Shown in pieces: positions 63,480 through 64,000 of a stretch of 64,000 bases of DNA; positions within the stretch are counted from its first letter, which is position 1, and the number at the start of each line of letters is the position of its first letter. Under the pieces are notes generated by a model, which was given only the letters and a program-made list of their open reading frames with translations, was not told the origin of the DNA and made no database searches. Source of the DNA: Elusimicrobiota bacterium (GTDB lineage Bacteria > Elusimicrobiota > Elusimicrobia > FEN-1173); contig JADKIY010000001.1 of NCBI GenBank assembly GCA_016722575.1, forward strand, positions 768,887-832,886, written 5' to 3'. A program made the position numbers and the translations under genes.

Positions 63480-64000
63480 ATGTCGATTTTCTCCGCCCTC
63501 CGCCACCGATTGGTTCGGTGGGAGTACCAACGCCTGGCGGATTACCTCTCGAACGTCGACCCCGAGGCCATTGAAAAAGAAAGCGAACAACGGGTTTTGA
63601 CGGCGTTTCGCCGCTGGACGCGCGCCGTTCCGGCCTATCGGGAACTGGCGTCGTTGGCGGCCACCCTGGCGGACTTCAAAAGGAACGTCCCCGTGTGCGA
63701 CAAGGAGTCCCACTTTCAGGGGCACGATTTGCGGAGTCTTTGTCCCGACGGGGACCTTTCCCGCGTTCGGCTTTTTTATTCCAGTTCGGGTTCGTCGCGG
63801 GTTTTCTCCTACGGGGCGGAATCGTGGCAAGACCCCCGGCGGTCGGCCCTTGAACTGGAGTTCGTTCTGCACGACAGCCTCTCGGTCTTTGACCGGAAAA
63901 CGCTGATCGTCAACGGCCTGCCGATGGGGGTGAAGGTCCACACCCGGACGATTCCGTTGATCGAAAGCGGGACGCGCGCGGATGTCGTGTGGGCGCTTTT
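63480..64000 (+). CDS. Phenylacetate-CoA ligase (PaaK/CapK/F390-synthetase)-like adenylate-forming enzyme, 5' part; gene continues beyond the window
   Basis: ATG 63480. ...FKRNVPVCDKESHF...RLFYSSSGSSRVFSYG (P-loop-like SSSGSS) typical of the PaaK-like family. No stop before the window end. Confidence 0.6.
   Translation, partial: MSIFSALRHRLVRWEYQRLADYLSNVDPEAIEKESEQRVLTAFRRWTRAVPAYRELASLAATLADFKRNVPVCDKESHFQGHDLRSLCPDGDLSRVRLFYSSSGSSRVFSYGAESWQDPRRSALELEFVLHDSLSVFDRKTLIVNGLPMGVKVHTRTIPLIESGTRADVVWAL

Noticed and set aside
61727-63481. 584-aa minus-strand ORF overlapping the amidohydrolase gene
   Set aside because: The plus-strand 62552-63466 frame has an amidohydrolase His-x-His N-terminus and a strong RBS; the minus frame is motif-free and extends through a likely intergenic/remnant region.

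Overview
This is a high-GC (~65-70%) bacterial chromosomal window from an unidentified, probably deep-branching or candidate-phylum lineage. Most of the ~45 kb outside the central locus is ordinary housekeeping DNA, with gene identities called from motif-level reading of the six-frame translations. Calls include: an isocitrate-dehydrogenase-family enzyme, ndk, an Nfu-type Fe-S protein, rho, a LysM-M23 peptidase, rpmE, prfA, prmC, murA, an MltD-like transglycosylase, a phosphomannomutase, two tandem GGDEF cyclases, an orphan ABC ATPase, tRNA-Leu(CAA), nfo, radC, a VanZ-like protein, a YjbQ-family protein, rmuC, two tandem IscA paralogs, def, fmt, htpX, rlmN, a PASTA-only protein, rpe, an AsmA-like operon, an SPFH protein, lexA with an upstream palindrome, a TonB-dependent receptor, recQ, an amidohydrolase and a PaaK-like ligase. 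The stand-out feature is a ~15.9 kb minus-strand locus (23210-39099) of three contiguous giant ORFs (3440, 1058 and 861 aa) that may be one ~5,300-aa reading frame. It carries four copies of a ~170-aa His-rich four-TM module (FxxxH / HxxxN, reminiscent of CPBP/CAAX intramembrane proteases), two FHA domains, an M48-like HEAGH metalloprotease, a 57-bp tandem duplication at its 5' end, and internal 520-bp near-identical repeats. Other points of note: two secreted proteins with T9SS-type C-terminal sorting domains plus a PorV-like barrel; a PASTA-only protein in the conserved def-fmt-rlmN-(prkC)-rpe position; and tandem duplications in prmC and next to tRNA-Leu. At least four apparent frameshifts fall in homopolymer runs (NHL gene, recQ x2, giant-locus junctions), so assembly indel errors are a real possibility. 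No CRISPR array, transposase or integrase was seen. I could not run BLAST or HMM searches, so domain calls rest on recognisable motifs only.
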